NCBI RefSeq assembly: GCF_004010195.1
Contig: NC_057718.1
Coordinates: 50,849,018-50,913,017, forward strand
Direction of reading: 5' to 3'
Length of the DNA: 64,000 bases
Source: Chiloscyllium plagiosum
Taxonomy: Eukaryota
Numbering within the stretch: position 1 is the first letter of the stretch; the number at the start of each line of letters is the position of its first letter. The notes beneath the pieces were generated by a model that did no database searches, had not been told where the DNA came from, and saw only the letters and a list, made by a program, of their open reading frames with translations. Positions 1-14,424 of this stretch are shown here, in pieces. The translations under genes and the position numbers were made by a program.

Positions 1-689
1 AAGATGCTGTTAAGAAATGATAGCCAATCAATTATTAAAAGAATGGTATCCTTGTGTTGACTCCAACAGGACAAATTTAATGCATTAAAATTAATCAAAA
101 CTCTGCAACCTTCTTTTGTAAATCCCGTCCTCTAAACGACTTCAAAATTGTTCATTCTGCACACTGAGTATTTGGAACAATTCTGTAGACGTGCCCTTAC
201 ATTTCTGGCCTTGGGATCCATCGGGTTTTGGCAGGTTTTGTAGGGTTATTTCACAAGTGGCGTGCGAAGTCAAACTACAAAATATTTGTTACACTTTGAC
301 CTCACAATGTGGGAGTCAGGAGCGGCTGCCTTACACTAAAATGCTTTCATCAGGACATTTCCATTTGAGATGTAGCTGCAGGGGTTTATGGTCAGGAAAA
401 ATAGCACAGGTTTATTTAGGAACAAAGGTGGGGGTTGGCCCAAGGACTATGTTGTTTATTCTCTCTTTCAGTGTATCTTTGTTATTGTGAGCTTGCATTA
501 TCATTAAAGAGGACTAAATCCAAGTACCTTAAGAAAATTTGATAAATGAAGAAATAGAAGAAGCTGAAACAAAAGAGATGAAAAAAAATCATGAAGACTT
601 AAGTTAAAGAGAATGCAGACTGACAAAGAGAATGATATAGATCCAAGGAAGTACATATTGCTGAGGGAATGTAATGAAGGTTTAAGAGA

Positions 690-1090
690 TGAGGGGATTT
701 AGTCTGAGGGATGACTGAGTAGAGAAGGTTTATCTTCACCAGCATTTAGAATAATAACAGTAATGAGATCAATGCTATTTGATCTCATTAAAGCATGTAA
801 AATTCTCCAGAAGCTCAGCAGGGTCAATGGTAAAGGCTGTTTTTTCTCACTAGGCAGCCTGCAACTAAGTATCACAGTCTAAGTGCCATGAGTTAGCCAC
901 TTAGGGTTCAAATGCGATTTTTTTTTCATTTATTTTCTATTCTCTATTCCCCGAGAACTAAGGATACTCATTTACTGACTGTAGTCAAGACAGAGATTGA
1001 TAGGATTTTTGTCCACTGAAATGATAATTGATAAAGTGAGTAGTATGAGGAGGTGGAAGTGAGATACAAGATCAGCAATGATCTTTTTGG
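690..1090 (+). mobile_element. Old CR1-type LINE 3' fragment
   Basis: Degenerate match to the 3' ORF2/UTR of the better-preserved CR1 at 26470-28258 (e.g. gtcaagacagagattgataggattttt). Confidence 0.5.
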
Positions 1091-4000
1091 TGATGAAACC
1101 TACTGTTGTTCTGACTATAATGTTTTTTAATATCAGTTCTGATAAAGGATATTTGCATTGATTGTTATAGAATTTTAATAATACTTCATTACCTTATTTT
1201 ACAATGACAAACAAAATTAAACTCAGTTTAAGAAATAAGGAAGGATTGTGTCTGGGTGAAGAGAAAATAATTAGGGGAAAATATTATTAGATCTAGAGAG
1301 CAGGATTGTTCCCAGGCCTGGCTACAGTGTATTTTCAGCAAGTGTAAATCAGATACGTTTATTCTTACTTTCAATATAGGTGACAATGTATGTTAAGCAA
1401 AATTCTGTTTATGTTGCAAACAATTGGACTGAAGTGAAATGTTTATTGGTGTCACTGATAGAACATTTATGAGCTTAAGCACAGATAGTATGACTATGTA
1501 TATAGATACACACATATACATAATATACAATCATACATTTCATTTCTATAAAAAGTTATTTCAACAAAGAATTCCCAATAAACTCTGTGCGAGCAAGGAG
1601 GTTTCCATTCTATTTTCCTTTGTTTCCAGTAAGGTTCATGAGATTGCAATGAGCTTACTTTCTAATAATTTTAACTCAGCATTTAATTATTTTCTCATTT
1701 ATCATCAAATACATGACAGAATATAAACTGCACTGAAGTACAATATTGCACTATTTACATGTGATGGAATTGAAAATGACATTTTTAAAAAAACATTCCT
1801 TTTCTAAACAAGAATAAGGCTCGTTAAACAGGATGACACAGTATACAAGGTGACCAAGGTGATCAAAATGCAGTCTAGGGTGTAGTAATGTCCTATCTCT
1901 TTGCTAGAAGGCCAGAGTTCAAGTCCCACTTATTTCAGAGATGTGTCAGAACAGGTTGATTAAAAATATCTGTATGGTGACCAAATTTTCTTGACCATAA
2001 AAACCATGTTTTTGTGTAGACTCAATATATAAATCAACACTTCCCCCATCCCCTTTATAGCCATAGTGTGTTATATTCACATTAAGAAGGAGCAAGGGAA
2101 CGAGTTGTGAAGATACACAGGAATTTAAAGTCATGTTCCTCTTTATGTCAGGTACCAATAACATTTCAAAATTTTGACAACCCACAGCTACATCTGCAAT
2201 TCACTTTTATGCTCAATGTATAAACTGACTCCTGTATAGATGGAGGAATTGTTTTAGGCTTCAAGGTCAAATAGTTGACCAATATCAACAAAATTCATAC
2301 ATAAAAGCTGATTTAAGGAAATCGGAAAAAAATCCCATTGATTGCCATAAACCTTTGAGATTTTTTCAAGCACCATGTTACACATTGAGATTTTGTTCCC
2401 TTGAATCCATTAAGCATGAAAATGTTAAAATGGGTACATGACTCTATATTGAAAATGACTTTATTGCCTCTCTGAAAGTAGGTAATAACTAGTTGTCAGG
2501 TCTCATACACAATGCAAAGATTTAATACAGTAACAAAACAAACTGATAATGTAGCAAATTAGTTTCCTATTACACATACTTTCAAAACCTTACAATTCAC
2601 ATTAAAGTGAATGAAAAACTTCTTGAACTGTTTTTTTTGTAGGTTTCCCTCAAATGTATTTTACCATAGGGCAGTAAATATCAAATGGATTTCATTATAC
2701 GCAAGAATTTGCAGAAATTGACAATTCAAAACAAGACAATGAATGATCTTGGTCAATTCAGACCACAATATCTTCCACTATTCCCATTCCTATGTGCTTA
2801 TGAGTATGGCTCAGCTTCTATTTCATGCTGTCTCCCTTTGCAAATGATTTGTTACATTTATCTTTTGCCAAGGACTCTCGCTGATTGTCTTTGTGTGAGC
2901 TTTCTCCTTCCTTTTCTGACGATACTGGGAGCCAAACCCATGGGCACTGTTTGTTGTTCAGTACTTAGCTCAAGTGACCCTTTTCCATGTATGAGCCAAA
3001 AAGGTGTCAGAAACTATTCAAGCAAAGAAAGCAGCAAAAATGAGGTTGATTTTTTCCTTATCCTGTATCTGAATGTGCACATTTTTCAAAGGATGTCATA
3101 GGATAACCATTAAGAACAGAAACCTTTGCTTATTTAATCCATCCTTCCCTCTTTCAGAAATGCTCTCGAATGGTTAAGACCAATTAAACCCAGCGTAGAC
3201 TGAACTGAGCCTGGTGATTTCACGATGCATTACTATACAGGATATTGGGGGTTGGGAACTCTTTTCTTTTAGCTTAGGTCTCTACTTGCTTGATTGCTAC
3301 ACTAATGACATATCAATAATTCATTCATGTGGAGCAGTTTGTAATTTTCAGCACTCCTGCACAGAGAGAAAACACACCATAAGCATTGCAACGCAAATAA
3401 TATGATGGTTTAAATATTTTCTGTGTTATTGCAAAAAGCTAACCCACCAGTTCCACAACATTTTTCGACCATTTTGCCAAAAAATATATTCTAGCCTAAG
3501 GTCGAAAGATTATGAACCCATTCAAGTATGCGCAAGCATGTTGGCGCACTCATATTATCGCAATCATTTTAAAAAATTACTAAGTGATTGTGAATAAGTA
3601 GTACACACAGACAGTTCCAATATTTACTTAATTGATGCTAAAGAAAATTTTAATCTACTTTCCTCATTGCTTGCTGACATATACATTCAGTGCCTCATTT
3701 ATCATATACCGTTCACATATCCTTTCTCCCTTACTCCTGAGGCTAAAAATACATTTGTAACTGAGTGCTAGTGGAATATGAATAATCAAGGGGCAGTGTC
3801 TGGCCTTGGCTCATCTTATTGTGCTTTGATATAAAGCTGATAATTCATCTCCTTTAAATCCAGTGAACTTTGCAGTCTGAATGCGTATCAGTTCTGTAAG
3901 TTTCTTTACATTGATTGTTTAAAAAGGAAGCTTTGCGTTTAACTAATCAACCCCAGAACTGCAAAACAGATCAAACGCAAAGCTAAGAATTATTTGTAGC

Positions 4001-4754
4001 CAGGGGGAAAATGTAATTCACAATTGGTTTATGCTCATTGATCACTTTCTATAATGTAAATATTTAGTGTTTTAATCATTCTTATTTAATACATTTTTTT
4101 AATGGTGAGGGATGGATAATGGAAATCGTGTACCCTCAAATTTCAGCATACTTGTAAATGAGAATGATAGTGCAATTTACTGACACAGAGCCCAGGAACA
4201 AAATGCATCATGCCTCCCTGTGAAGGTGAGGGGCTAATTAAAATCCACTGAGTCTTATAAGGGCTCAACAAACAAGCTGTGAGGATTGCAGTTATGTCTC
4301 TTCCTTAATGTCGTTTGCTGCATTTTGCAGTTAGCACTTCAAAACCCCCTATGGATTTTCCTACTACCTCAAGCAGCTGATAAAATGAAGTCTGACTAAA
4401 GAACATTATTATTGCTGCAGCTGGGAAATGGAAAATTGCTAGCTTTAGCAATCCTTCCTTTCGACACTTGCTTTGTGTTAGAAATTTATAAGGACAACTC
4501 CTTTGATCAGCTTTTGTCTTCTTTATAGTGATGTCTTTTTTTTCCGGAAAACAAGTTGCTGAACATTCTCAGAACAATCAATTTGCTTAAAAGAAGTGAT
4601 TAGTGTAAAGTATGTTCTAACAATAGCCATAGGTTTACTATAAGGTAGCCTCCTGGAATTAAGAGGGAGCATGCTAGCACTGAATCAAATGAATATGTTA
4701 CACACAATCACAAATATGCACAGCAAGAGTCCCACACGCTGTAAAGTGCCGAAG

Positions 4755-4935
4755 CAGAAAATAAGATACTGTTCCTCAAGCTTGCACTGATCTTAGTTGA
4801 AAAGCTGTGGCAAGCCCAGAAACGTTAGCATGAGGGCAAGGTGGGTTATTGAAATGGCAAGCAACTGTAAGGTTGGTGTCACTCCCATGTTCAGAATGGA
4901 GGTGCTCTGTAAATCGTATCACAGTCTGCACTGAC
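4755..4935 (-). mobile_element. Decayed PLE GIY-YIG endonuclease fragment
   Basis: Minus strand reads RFTEHLHS...TVACHFNNPPCPHANVS, matching FREHL...PVAEHFNSPSHS in ORF 12647-12928. Confidence 0.5.
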
Positions 4936-4959
4936 ACATTTTATAACGTTTTTTTCCTT

Positions 4960-6290
4960 TTTCACCACCATTAACAACCTTTTTCCTTCTGCTCTGAGCC
5001 TTCACACCATCTGCTCCTTTGGATTCTACAGGTTCACTACCCCTTTGAGTGAAGAAACATTTTGTCATCTCAATCCAAAGTGGTCTAGCCCAAATCCTGA
5101 GACTGCGTCCCCAGGTTCTAGATTCCCAAATCAGGGAAAACAACCTCTCAGCACCTAATCTGTCCTGCTCTGTTAAAGTCATAAATTGCAAACAAAGACC
5201 CTCTCCTCTTTCTCAACTCTTGTGAATACAGACCCAATGGAACCAATCTCTTCTCGTAGGATTAGATTAGATTAGATTAGATTAGATTAGATTCCCTGCA
5301 GTATGGAAATAAGCCCTTTGGCCCAACCAGTCCACACCGACCTTCTGAAAAGTAACCCACCCAGACCCGTTTCTCTCTGACTAATGCACCTATCATTATG
5401 GGCAATTTAGCATGGCCAATTCACCTGACCTGCACATCTTTGGACCGTGGGAGGAAACCGGAGCGCCCAGGGGAAACTGACACAGGCACAGGGAGAATGT
5501 GCAAACTCCACACAGACAGTTGCCAGAGGCTAGAATCAAACCTGGGACCCTGGTGTTGTGAGGCAGCAGTGTTAACCACTGAGCCAATGTGCCACCCCCG
5601 GATTGTCCCACCAGCCCCGGTACCCACCCAGTGGATCTCTGCTGCACTATTCCAATGATGAGTATATCCTTTCTAAGGCAGGGAGACCAAAACTGCATGC
5701 AATACTCCATGTGAGGTCTCACTAAGGTCCTGTATAACTGCAGTAATCATTCCTACTTCTGAAACTTAATCCTCTTGAAATGAAGACCAATAAATCACTT
5801 GCCTTCTAATCTGCTTGTTGCGCCTGTCTGACTACTTTCATTGACTGGTGTATAAAAACAACCAGATTCCATTGTACATTCACATGTCCCAAAATGTCAT
5901 CATTTAAACAATATTCTTCCTTTCTGTTTTGCGCGTCAAAATGTATAATTTCACATCCAGCCATGCTGTACAGCATCTATTTGTTCTCCCACTCGCTTAA
6001 CTTGTCAACATCACCTTGAAGCCTCCTTGTGTATTTCCCACAAGTTCACATTCTTGCCCAGTTTGATTCATCATCAATTTTGGAAATGCTGGATTCTATC
6101 ATCCTGGTCATTTTTTACATACCATGAACAGCTGGAGCTCAAGCACTGATCCATACAGTACCTTACTAGACATGCTTGTCACTGGAAAAGACTAATTTAT
6201 TCCCACTCTCTTTTTCATGTCCATCAACTAATTCTCAATTCCTATTGATATATTATCCCTAATCCCATGTACTTTAACTGGATCTCCCTT
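4960..6290 (-). mobile_element. CR1/HER1-type LINE, 3' part, interrupted by an HE1 SINE
   Basis: ORF 5396..5722 starts RPHMEYCMQFWSPCLRKDIL, the CR1 ORF2 C-terminal motif also seen in ORF 27541..28197. Confidence 0.75.
5261..5599 (-). mobile_element. HE1-type tRNA-derived SINE
   Basis: Minus strand has A-box GGCTCAGTGG, B-box-like GGTTTGATTC, the shared V-domain-like core and a (TCTAA)n tail at 5261-5293. Confidence 0.9.
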
Positions 6291-7229
6291 ATCTATTCAA
6301 GGAAGGGTTATTATTGCATTATTGTGCTTAAATTCCACAAAAAAGCATACCAAATTACACTTTCAAAGAAACCTGTGGGATGGTTTCATTCTGAGATAAT
6401 TATGCAAAATACACTTCTTAGAAAGTCAATGGAGGCAGGAATGAACATTAAAGACCCCAAATCACCACTGCTCTTGGTGTAATAATAATGAGTTGCTTAT
6501 TTTCCCAACTCTTGAGATATTGTGGTTTGAAATTACTCTAACATACTTACTCCAATTAGGACTCATCTAATCTAGAGTATGCTCATCATTTTGTCTTCAT
6601 AATCTTCTTGTTGCATGGAATTACAAAGAGTATTCAGCACAGAAAGAGGCCATTGTCCAACCTGATCTGTGCCTGTGTTTACACGCCATGATCGTCTCTC
6701 CACACTGCTGTTTCTCTATCAACAGGAATAATGTGTCATTGGTTTCCTGTGTGGTAACTTTGTGGAATTAAGAGGGAGCATGCTAGCACTGAATCAAATG
6801 ATTATGTTACACAGCTATCAAACGTGCACAGCTAGATGGACCTCCACATTTTATTAGTTTCCACTGATTAAGCATCATAATTAGTCCTCTGCCTTTAACT
6901 ACAATCTCTGTTGTCTCATTCTGTGCTTCCTTCCCAGACAGTTTGGCACGAGTGAGAGTAGCAGGTGGAATATCAATGCACCGCAAACAAAGCAGAAAAC
7001 AATCTGGATGTGAACACTAATGGATATTGCAGATATTTATAACATATTAACTTGATCCAATTATTATTGTTTTAGCTATCTCCAAGCAATACAGAAATCA
7101 ATTATTATCTCCAGGCTATGACTAGCCCAAAAATGTTTTCTTGAATTGTTTAACATATTAAATTGATTCAAGGGCAGCAGCCACCTTCTTTCTTCCCCTT
7201 TTAATTTCATTGTAGACTCATGGCTTTTT

Positions 7230-7550
7230 CTTATTCATTCATGGGATATGTGTGTCACTGAATAGGCCAGCATTTATTGCCCATCCCTAATTGCCCAGGG
7301 GACAGGTAAAAGTCAAACACATTGTTGTGCGTCTGGAGTTACATTTAGGTCAGATCAGGTAAGGATGACAGCTTCCTTTTCCGAAAGACAGTAGTGAACC
7401 ACATGGTTTTTTAAAAAATAAAATCAACAATTGATGATGGTTTCATAGTCATTAGACTCAGAATTCTAGATTTAAAAAAATCAAATTCTGCCATCTGCCA
7501 TGACAGGATTTGAACACTGGGCCCCTGGGTCTCTGGATTAATAGTCTAGT
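7230..7550 (-). repeat. Short interspersed repeat sharing its end with the LINE at 46135-46880
   Basis: ccagcatttattgcccatccctaattgccc resembles 46177-46210 and the reverse complement of about 17275-17345. Confidence 0.5.
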
Positions 7551-10500
7551 GTTAATTGTCAAAGCATCGAGTATCAGAAGATATTTAGCAAGTCAGTTAT
7601 AAAATACAAAACAGGAGTCACAGGCTAAGTCTAGTTATTCTACAGGAAAATGCATCACTACTTTTCAGTGCTTTTCTTGTTGAAGGAACAGTGAAAATGA
7701 TGAGTGTAATTCTGGGGAACCATGTATTACTATATATCATATCATTTCCTAATGCAATATCTGCATGGAGCACCGAATATTAACCAAGTGCCTCTCCTTG
7801 AATAACATTAAGAATTAACTAACTGGTGCGAGAGAAGGAGAGTATGCCCTCTGCAATCTGGTCCACTTTGAGTTTGAACTAAATAGCCTCAGAGTAAATA
7901 TTTTGGAGATAAAAACTGAAATAATATCATCCGGAAACACACAAAAGAATCTAATGTACTACCTCTTCAATTAGATTTGTTCATATTTGGGACTATGCAA
8001 TCAAACTTGTATTAGCATACAGAAGAAACAATGACATGCATGGGAGAAAAATCCCAGGCAAAGACTTAAATCCAAAATGAGTACCCAATATAACTTATGG
8101 TCACAGGACACAGCAATACATCTCTGATCTGTTTCAATTTGATGGTTAGACCTGAGTTATTACATATCAGCTCTTGGTGATGTGGGACTGGATTTAATGA
8201 TTCCAATGTGGATGCTACCCACTGGTTGGAGAACTGAAAGGAAAATTGCTTTTGTGGAGGGAGTGCTGGCCAAATCAAGTCTCTGTCAGCCACTGATCTG
8301 TCCAATATCAGACTTTTCCTGGGATTCAGGACCTTAGGCAGAAATCCTGTCCCTTGGAGGCTGCTGGACCATTCTAAGCATGGACTGTGCATTACTGACA
8401 GTGTCACCAGGCAGCTGCTATCCAATAGATTGCCTCATGGACCACTGTTGAACTTTTGACTCAGGTGAGTGAGGGCAAAATGGCAGTCATGGTGGGAGGG
8501 ATTGCAGAAGGAATGAGCAGGGGGTGGGTGTGAGACAGGATTAGGGAGGGGGTGGTCAGGTTTTGGGGGGGGCCGCAGTGGGATGGAGTTGGAGCCAAGG
8601 ACAGGCAGGCAGCTTGCCTCCTTCCCAAAGCCCTACCATCCATCAGACACAGAGGGTCTGACAGCAAGAGAAGTTTAACCTGGTAAGCCACTTGCAAACC
8701 TGAGGCAGTTTGCTTGGCATCCTTTGGGAGTCGTGAGAAACTCACCTGACTCTTAGTTAATCCCTGAGCCACCATTACATTCCAATGGATTCAGGTATAA
8801 TTGATGCTAATTAGCTGAATAAGCCTAATTAACATCCCACTATCAGCAAGTCGGTTTCACACATTGGCTCTTCTTATGTGTGATTTATTCACAGAAGACT
8901 TTACCCTCACTAGGGAAGATGGGACCACTTGGGTCCATCAACCATATTTCTCACCATAATGTGTAGCTTAAATTCCATCCAAGGAGGTCACATCATACCA
9001 GCAGTTTGACACTGTGAATGCTTGAAATGTCATTTTAGTAAATTCATGAGTTTTTCTAATATATTTGAACATCATAGCTTAATCTAGCAGAAAAACCATC
9101 TTTGTTCTCAGAAACCCAGATGCTGTCTTTAAATTAAGAAGTCGAACAGTCTAGCCTTTTAAAAATGTCTGGCCATAGTGGATGCAGTTACCCTAGCAAC
9201 CATAAAGCACATGAAAAAGAATTACTAACCAGCATGAATCGTCAGAGCAGGAAGAAAACCATCTTGCAATATTTTCAGAGCCCTTTAGCATAGTTTGATT
9301 AAGACTGAAATCAGCTCACGAAAACCAGACAAGATATATTCATTCACTGTCTAAATAAATTTATAAAGCACCAAGATGCCATCTCAATTTTTAAAAGTAA
9401 AATCAATAGATTTTGCAATCATGGAGAGGTGCAAAGCTCAAATTTTATCACTTCATGCCATTTTTCAATTAGTATTAAATCACAACTAATGATTTATCAG
9501 TAGATGGTTGCATATATCCTTTAGTTAAGAGTCCAGATCAAAGCCTTTTACTATCATTGTTGATAATTGTAACACCTAATGGATAAATAATCCAGCTTGT
9601 CACATGACATTTAAACATTCAAAGTTACCACTCCTGATTACTACAGTCTGATTCTAAGATTGACATTATCAGTTGATCAAAACGTCACACTGCAGCACAC
9701 TGCAGTGATTACAGTTTAAATGCTTGCAAGGTTACTACTTTATTTTTCATGCATTAAGTCAAATTCTGAGAAAGCAAAACAAAGAGATGTCCGTAGTTAA
9801 GTTAAAGCGCATCACATTACGAGCAGCTTAACAATATTCATTACACATTTTTGTTTCACAAGCATAATACTGTCAATAAATAGTCATGCATTACATGCCA
9901 TTTACTGTGATAAAAAAATGCTGGTAATATCATGGTCAGCTTGCGTATGTCAAAGACAGTCTTGCAAGCAACTCTACATAAAGATGCAGACTCAAAGCTG
10001 CCATTTCTTTTCGACCAGTACATCGTTTTCCTGCTAAGCCTTTACATGCTTTATTAATGGGGATGAAGAGGCTGCTTCTTGCATAACTAAGCACCGCACA
10101 TTAAAAGGATTAATAAATTCATAACAGCAATAGGTGGGTTAATACAAGCTGCAAGCTTCTCATGCATGTAAACAGCACTTCTTCCGACAACCAAGAAATG
10201 ACTGTCTGAATTTCTGACATTCAGTCCCTTAACCACTCGAGGTATTGGCACCGTATCTGTCATCAGAACATGGTTGCCACTGTCTAAAAGATTAATGTAG
10301 GTCAGATTCACCTCCATGCATAACCTTTCGACAAACATGCCATGTTAATCTCTGCAATGCTCAAATGTGCAGCTGAGTAGCGTGCACATTGCAGTGGCAA
10401 GGTTGTGCTCTGCAATGACTGTGATGGAAAGAGCTACCTGAAAGGTTTCACAGTGCCATTTCATTTCCATGCTGCTCTGTCCTGTCTGGCTACCAAGTGA

Positions 10501-12059
10501 CCGCTGCGTGCATAAAGCTTTCTTTAATTCTTAATGGAAATCCTTGAAAATTTAGTCCATCCTCTGAAATCAATACTTCTGACAGGAGAGCTCCCTGACT
10601 CAGTGGGAGATCAAAATGATAAATTGCCTCCGCATCAGCCTGGCCTATCAGTGCCCTGCACACAGATGGGCGAGGGAAGACACAAAGCAGCTTCATCAGT
10701 CACGTGTCATCCAATGACCAATGTTTGTCAGAGGCTGCTGCAGGAAGGATTGCAGCAGTTTGTTCTGCATACGAGATGTATTATACATCACCAGCATCTA
10801 ATCCTCTGACAAACGCTTAAAACAAAATTTGGAGTTCTGAACTCAAAACTCAGAAGGGGAAAAACCCACCTTCGGCAGTTAAAAAAGAAATGAAAATAAG
10901 AAATGCACAATTTACTGTCACGTAATCACTGATACAAAAATCCATAATCAGATGAGTACACTTGAAGTAAATGTAGTCCTGTAATACGTGTCACTCTCTT
11001 ATAGATCTTTTACAGTCTAAAATTATTGAAAATTGGAAATCTCAAGCATAAACGAGCCAAATTAACAAGCCATTAATGATTAATGCATTGTTTTCATAAT
11101 ATTCCCTGAGATAACGATCATAGCTCAAGAGATAAATTCAGAAGAGGTGGAAGGTGCTAAAACGGGAATTTCTGTACTGTAAAGGATAGTAAATGGATCT
11201 GAGACATACATTTTAAAATAATTCTATGATGCACATACAACTGAGAGTGGAAAACTATATTGGGACACAATACAATACCAGAACCATCTGAATACACTAC
11301 CTAAACTGATCTAGGTGACAATTAGTCAGCAGAAACCAGTAAATCCAATTCTAAAAAGGAGTAATATGCAAACAATAAGATGTTGTCCTGGAAATGCAAT
11401 GTTGAACATACATTCATGTATCCAGAGGAAGCATAAACTGGGCAAACTGTTCAAAGGTATCTCAGCTGTGTCAGATGCACTTTTAAAAGGACATTGTTGA
11501 GCAACAATAAAATGCTGGCCCTTGTATTTGCCACAAGCAAAATTAAAAGGGTACATTTCCAAACATAATTCAGTGGCAACCTGGACAAATGGTGCACTAT
11601 TCTCATCCATGTTTTGCCTAAATCCAGTACATATTACGGCCCTTGATGCAGAGTTAGAAAAGGAGGAGGCTTAGTTCTATATCCTCTGTCATACTTTGAC
11701 CCACGACCTTCATCCAAATGTGGACAAACGAACAGAACTTCATAAGCGAAGCGAGAATTGATTGTTGGTTCCTTCAAGCCCAAAGTGATCTCGTTTGGAT
11801 CAGGATGGCTATGTTTCTGGTTCTTTTGGATGATTCTTGTTAAGTAAATAGAATGAAGTTTACTGCATTACTGGAACTATTTACAGATAATATGAATGCA
11901 GAAAATATTACTATAGAGACTGTTCAGAGCAAACTAGTCTTCGGTTTGTTTCCTAAAGATTCCTTCTTTAATCTGTCCAAGTTGCTGTTATTTCCACACA
12001 GTGGTAGTACCCTGGCAGATAATCAAATCATATCCCTTTCAGACCTATATACTGCATGA

Positions 12060-12391
12060 GCATTTAACCTTAACATCAATACAGCATTTGACTAAGTATG
12101 GAACCAAGGACCCCAACAATACTAGTATCAATGGGGATTCAGCGAAAACTCTCGACTGGTATAAACCATACTTAGCACAAGAGAAGATGATTTTGCTTGC
12201 TGAAGATCAAATATCCAAGTCCTAAAACATCACTGCAAAGGTTTGAGGGAGGTGTCTAGAGTCCAACCATCTCCAGCTGCTCCATCAATGCCCTTCAGAA
12301 TGGGATGTTTGATCATTATTGCACTCCATCAGCATGGTCATTATCCTTGGATACTGAAATGGCCTATGCCTAACAATATCCGTCAAACATT
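12060..12391 (+). mobile_element. Non-LTR retrotransposon (CR1/L2-group) RT fragment, left half
   Basis: Frameshifted translation gives KTLDWYKPYLAQEKM...DQIS and a degenerate GVPQGSVLGP/FINDL region; the element resumes at 16564. Confidence 0.6.
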
Positions 12392-13441
12392 GAGAGCGTG
12401 GTGCTGTAAAAGCACAGCAGGTCAGGCAGCATCCAAGAAGCAGGAGAATTGACGTGTCGGACAAACATCTTTCATCAGGAATGAGGCTTGTGAGCGGAAG
12501 GGGTGGAGAGATAAATGGGAGAGGGGTGGAGCTGGGGAGAAGGTAGCTGAGAGTGCGATAGGTAGATGCAGGTGGGGGTGATGGTGATAGATCAGAGAGG
12601 AGGCTGGAGTGGATAGATGGGAAGGAAGATGGACAGGTAGGACAAGTCATGAGGGTGGCGCCAAGTTGAAAGGTTGGAACTGGGATAAGGTGGGGGGAGG
12701 GGAAATGAGCAAACCAGTGAAATGCATATTGATGTCATGGGGTTGAAGGGTCCTGAAGCAGAAGATCAGGTGCGCTTCCACCAGCCGTCGGGTGGTTAGG
12801 GTGTGGCGATAGAGGAGGCCCAGGACCTGCATGGCACTGATGGAGTGGGAGGGGGAGTTAAAGTGTTCAGCCACAGGGTGGTGAGGTTGGTTGGTGCGGG
12901 TGTCCTGGAGGTGTTCTCTGAAGTGCACTGCAAGTAGGCGTCCTGTCTCCTCAATATAGAGGAGACTGCATCAGGAGCAACATACAGTAAATGACTTGTG
13001 GAAGTGCAGATAAAACTCTGATGGATGCGGAAGGCTCCTTTGGGGCCTTGGATGGAGGTGAGGGGGCAGATGTGAGCACAGATTTTGCAATTTCTGCGGT
13101 TGCAGGGGAAGGTGCCGGGAAGGGAGGGTTGGTTGGTGGAGGGCTTGAACCTGACAAGACAGTCACGGAGGGAATGGTCTTTATGGAAAGCGATAGGGGA
13201 GGGAAGGGAAATTTATCTCTGTTGGTGGGGCCTGTTTGTAGTGGCGAAAATGGTGGAGGATGATGCAATAGATACAGAGGTTGGTGGGGTGGAAGGTGAG
13301 GACCAAGGCGGTTCTGTCATTGTTGCGGTTGGACGGGTGGGATTTGAGGGTGGAGTTGCGGCAAGTGGATGAGATGTCATGGATTAGAGTGGTGCTGGAA
13401 AAGCACAGCAGTTCAGGCAGCATCTGAGGAGCAGTAAAATC

Positions 13442-13469
13442 GACGATTCGGGCAAAAGCCCTTCATCAG
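13442..13469 (-). ncRNA. Minimal hammerhead ribozyme motif (PLE pLTR)
   Basis: CTGATGA-A-GGGC-TTTT-GCCC-GAATCGTC; one core change (GAAA>GAAT). Confidence 0.65.
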
Positions 13470-13595
13470 GAATACAGGTAGAGTGCCTGCAGCGTGGAGA
13501 GATAAATGAGAGTAGGATGGGGTTGTGGAGAAAGTAGCATAGAGTACAATAGGTGAGTGGGGGAAGGGATGAAGGTGATAGGTCAGGGAGGAGGG

Positions 13596-13932
13596 NNNNN
13601 NNNNNNNNNNNNNNNNNNNNNNNNNNNNNNNNNNNNNNNNNNNNNNNNNNNNNNNNNNNNNNNNNNNNNNNNNNNNNNNNNNNNNNNNNNNNNNNNNNNN
13701 NNNNNNNNNNNNNNNNNNNNNNNNNNNNNNNNNNNNNNNNNNNNNNNNNNNNNNNNNNNNNNNNNNNNNNNNNNNNNNNNNNNNNNNNNNNNNNNNNNNN
13801 NNNNNNNNNNNNNNNNNNNNNNNNNNNNNNNNNNNNNNNNNNNNNNNNNNNNNNNNNNNNNNNNNNNNNNNNNNNNNNNNNNNNNNNNNNNNNNNNNNNN
13901 NNNNNNNNNNNNNNNNNNNNNNNNNNNNNNNN
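13596..13932. other. Assembly gap
   Basis: Run of N. Confidence 1.
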
Positions 13933-14396
13933 GCGTGGACCTGACCAGGTAGTCACGGAGGGAATGGTCTTTGTGGAAGGCGGAAAGGGGTGGGGAGGGA
14001 AATATATCCCTGGTCGTGGGGTCTGTTTGGAGGTGGCAGAAATGTCGGCGGATGATTTGGTTTATGAGAAGGTTGGTAGGGTGGAAGGTGAGCACCAGGA
14101 GCGTTCTGTCCTTGTTACGGTTGGAGGGGTGGGTTCTGAGGGCGAAGGTATGGGATGTTGACGAGATGCGTTGGAGGGCATCTTTAACCACATGAGAAGA
14201 GAAATTGTGGTCTCTAAGGAAGGAGGCCATCTGGTGTGTTTTGTGGTGGAACTGGTCCTCCTGGGAGCAGATACGGTGGAGGCAGAGGAATTGGGAACAC
14301 GGAATCCCTATTGTACTCTATGCTACTTTCCCCCCACCCCCACCTTCACCCTCCTCTCATCTATCTCTCCACCCTTCAGGCACTCTGCCTGTATTC

Positions 14397-14424
14397 CTGA
14401 TGAAGGGCTTTTGCCCGAAAAGTC
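14397..14424 (+). ncRNA. Minimal hammerhead ribozyme motif (PLE pLTR)
   Basis: CTGATGA-A-GGGC-TTTT-GCCC-GAAA-AGTC; both core boxes and the GUC triplet present. Confidence 0.7.

Noticed and set aside
5261..5293. Telomere-like or CRISPR-like repeat
   Set aside because: It is the (TCTAA)n SINE tail; no repeat-spacer array exists in the window.
8335..8990. Ancient DNA-transposon-like GC-richer block
   Set aside because: I could not define TIRs, a TSD or coding homology.
10087..10809. Protein-coding exons
   Set aside because: Short overlapping ORFs on both strands with no recognisable domain or convincing splice pair.
13384..14230. 190-215 aa ORFs crossing the first gap
   Set aside because: Artefacts of the N run.
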